Shown piece by piece: positions 61,511 to 64,000 of a stretch of 64,000 bases of DNA. Source of the DNA: Felis catus. Its lineage: Eukaryota. The position numbers and the translations under genes are program-made. Where the stretch lies: positions 134,542,001-134,606,000 of the forward strand of contig NC_058368.1 in NCBI RefSeq assembly GCF_018350175.1, written 5' to 3'. The notes below the pieces were generated by a model, which saw only the letters and a list, made by a program, of their open reading frames with translations, was not told the DNA's origin and ran no database searches. The stretch's first letter is position 1; every line of letters starts with the position of its first letter.

Positions 61511-64000
61511 GGAAGGACTAGGTAGTGGAGGATACCTTTTGCATCCTAAGTGAAGGAAGTGATATTGTTGAATGGAGCAGATGTGTTTTCAAAGCAAACC
61601 AATGAGCACCTGGTGGCTGCTGGAGGAGGAGTGGGTAGATCGATAAGCATCTACTCCTGGCAGCCCAGCATTAGAGCAAGCATTCCTTTGATTGTCTGTG
61701 GGCAGAGGAGCTGCTGCAGACTGGAGGTTAGCGATGAAAAGAAAGATAAGAAAGTACCCCATTCTGCTGAGCCAGGCCTAGCTGATGGCAGTCCCAATCA
61801 AGATGGCGACATGTCTGGGTGTGGAGTTTTGCTTAATGGCCGGAACATCACCAGCACTCACTAAATGTTAAAGAACACAAATACTGGAATCGCTTTTAAA
61901 ATATCTAGCTGTTTCTCTTCAAATTTGGGTTGAATTTCCTTTCGCAATATGAGCTATGTTCCGGCCAATTTTAAAGTTTACAGCTCCAGCTGTTAGGGAG
62001 TTATGTAAGAGCAAAAGTGATCAAAGGACCTCAAGGGTGGAAAATGCATTTTTCCCCTTGATTGCATAACTCCCCAAATGGAATGGGCAATGCAATGGAA
62101 ACACCATCTGCCCACTCCTCCTGGCCCCTCAATGCTACCACTACAAGCTAAAAAAAAAAAAAAATTCACCCTAGAGGGGGAAAAAAAAAGGGGGGACCAT
62201 GAAAAATGTTGCTCGACTTAAATTTAGTATGCCCGAAGATTTTTCAAAATCAAGTTGCCAATAACTTAATTAGATTAAAGTAGAAACCAAAGTCCCCTTA
62301 ACTCTAGGGGGCCTTCCCTAAAAATAGGAACTCAGTGTGTACATTAAAGATGCAATTCATTATAGCCAGCGTGATATTCTAATGTCATTATTTTATAAAT
62401 GTCTGTGTTCCTATTGTTTTCTTCTTGTCCTTTCAGGACAGGGAACCTCTCTTTTTGTCTTTGCCTCCCTAGTCCTTGGCATACAATATGATCCAATAAA
62501 TATTAAAACCTGAATAATGATTAGAGAAAACATGATTTTAGTCATATATCAGCAAAGCCTAGACATGCTGCAATGGCAACTTTTGGAATTAAGAGTCAGA
62601 GGCCAGCTGGGCAAGGTCAGATGGCAGAAGTGGGCAAAGGTAGCAGTCTCTGTACGTCCTTAGCAACAACTCCGCAGTACCTTGGGGCTTTCAGATGCTG
62701 GTGGCCTGCCCTATCTGTTTCAGGAAAAGTCAGCTACCAGTTTATAGTATCTCCTGCCTGGAGCCCCAGTAGACAGTGATGGTGATTCACCTGGGCCTAC
62801 CTGACCTACATTCCCCCTAAGATTGCCCAGTCACTGCTCTGCAAATTACATTCCCAGATCCAGGATGCAGTCAGTCAGTGGACCACATGATTCAGATTTC
62901 TAACACCTACCTGAAAACTTTGGGGAGATCCACTCTCAGTGGATAGATCCCACACCAATGGGAGGAAGAAGCTAGAGAGAAATTCCCAGGCACTGGTGAA
63001 GGGTGTGGAAAGACAGCAAGGAGAGAGGACAGGATAGTACCTTTTAGCTTTAAAGAAGGTACTTCTCTCTTCCGTGTGCCCTCTGCACTCACTCCACCCT
63101 CGGTGTTGTACTCCACCATCCATTCCTACCTAGCCCTTCCATTTTTCTGGTCTTCATGACCTGTTGAGGAAAATGAAGGAGGATTTATGCACTGGAAAAA
63201 TGGTGAATTCCACGAAGACCCTGCTAGCGCTCAGACTGTCTAGTCTATAGGTATTTTGATAACCTTCTTTCTCATGGGTCTCTATTCACACGTTTTGTCT
63301 TAGGATCCTCTCCCACTTTACAGAAACATCACATTACTTTCCTTGTCTCACCTTCCTGTTTAAATCCTGAAAGTGTCCTCCCAACCTTCCTCTATCCTGC
63401 TGATTGAAGTTCTGCCCTGCTTAGACTGCCTTTTATCACCCTTATAACTGTGGTCTAAACCTTCCTCCTCTGTCATGTCTGTTCTCTTACCTGGAAATAC
63501 TCCCACCTTCTGAATTATGCCCATCTTTTGGCAACCAGTCCAAGGGACTTCTGTCTAATTATTCCAGCCCAATGGGAGTATTTCAGTTTTCTAAAGTCAT
63601 GTGGAATGTGAAGAGGCTCACATACTCTCAGTTTTCCATGCCTTGCTGGAACCATGGGTTAACTCTCTGTACGTAGGCCACATACTGGCTCTTAAATGTC
63701 ATAAAACTTGAAGGGGACTCCTGTAGTGACAAGAGACCTGAGATACAGTCAGAGGCCTAAGCCCAAGGGACGGCGTGGCTCTTTGACGGCTCTGTGGTCT
63801 TGCTCGAGTGATTTTCAACCTGGCGTTGAAAGGGGTGGGTATACGACTCAGTAAGACATGCCAGAAACCTGGGATTGCAGATGATTTTAACTGTATACTC
63901 AATATTGTAACTTTATGCTTGGGAACACGAAATTATTTTTGTAACACAAATTGTAGAAGGTAAGTTTTAACCAAATCTTGGCTGCTGAGTGCCTATAGAA

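Overview
Mammalian, almost certainly felid (cat-family), genomic DNA. The window holds about 30 tRNA-derived CanSINEs, including four copies of the young SINEC_Fc-type variant, on a background of ancestral eutherian repeats (Tigger13a, MLT1 and ERVL LTRs, MER DNA transposons, MIR, L2, L1M). I could not recognise any protein-coding exon, RNA gene, CpG-island promoter or CRISPR-like array. The supplied ORFs are short and mostly read through repeats, so the window looks intronic or intergenic. I found no evidence of a new biological system. The most notable observations are structural: a 5'-intact but 3'-truncated L1 that appears to keep its target-site duplication (TSD), a diverged ~130-bp non-repeat duplication near 47.8 and 49.0 kb, a 62-nt inverted-duplication hairpin inside an L1, repeated SINE insertion at one target site, an adjacent inverted SINE pair, a poly(A)-only retro-insertion, a CRE+CCAAT candidate promoter, and a few weak candidate exons. 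Repeat family names come from remembered consensus sequences, not from a database search, and boundaries of old repeats are approximate.
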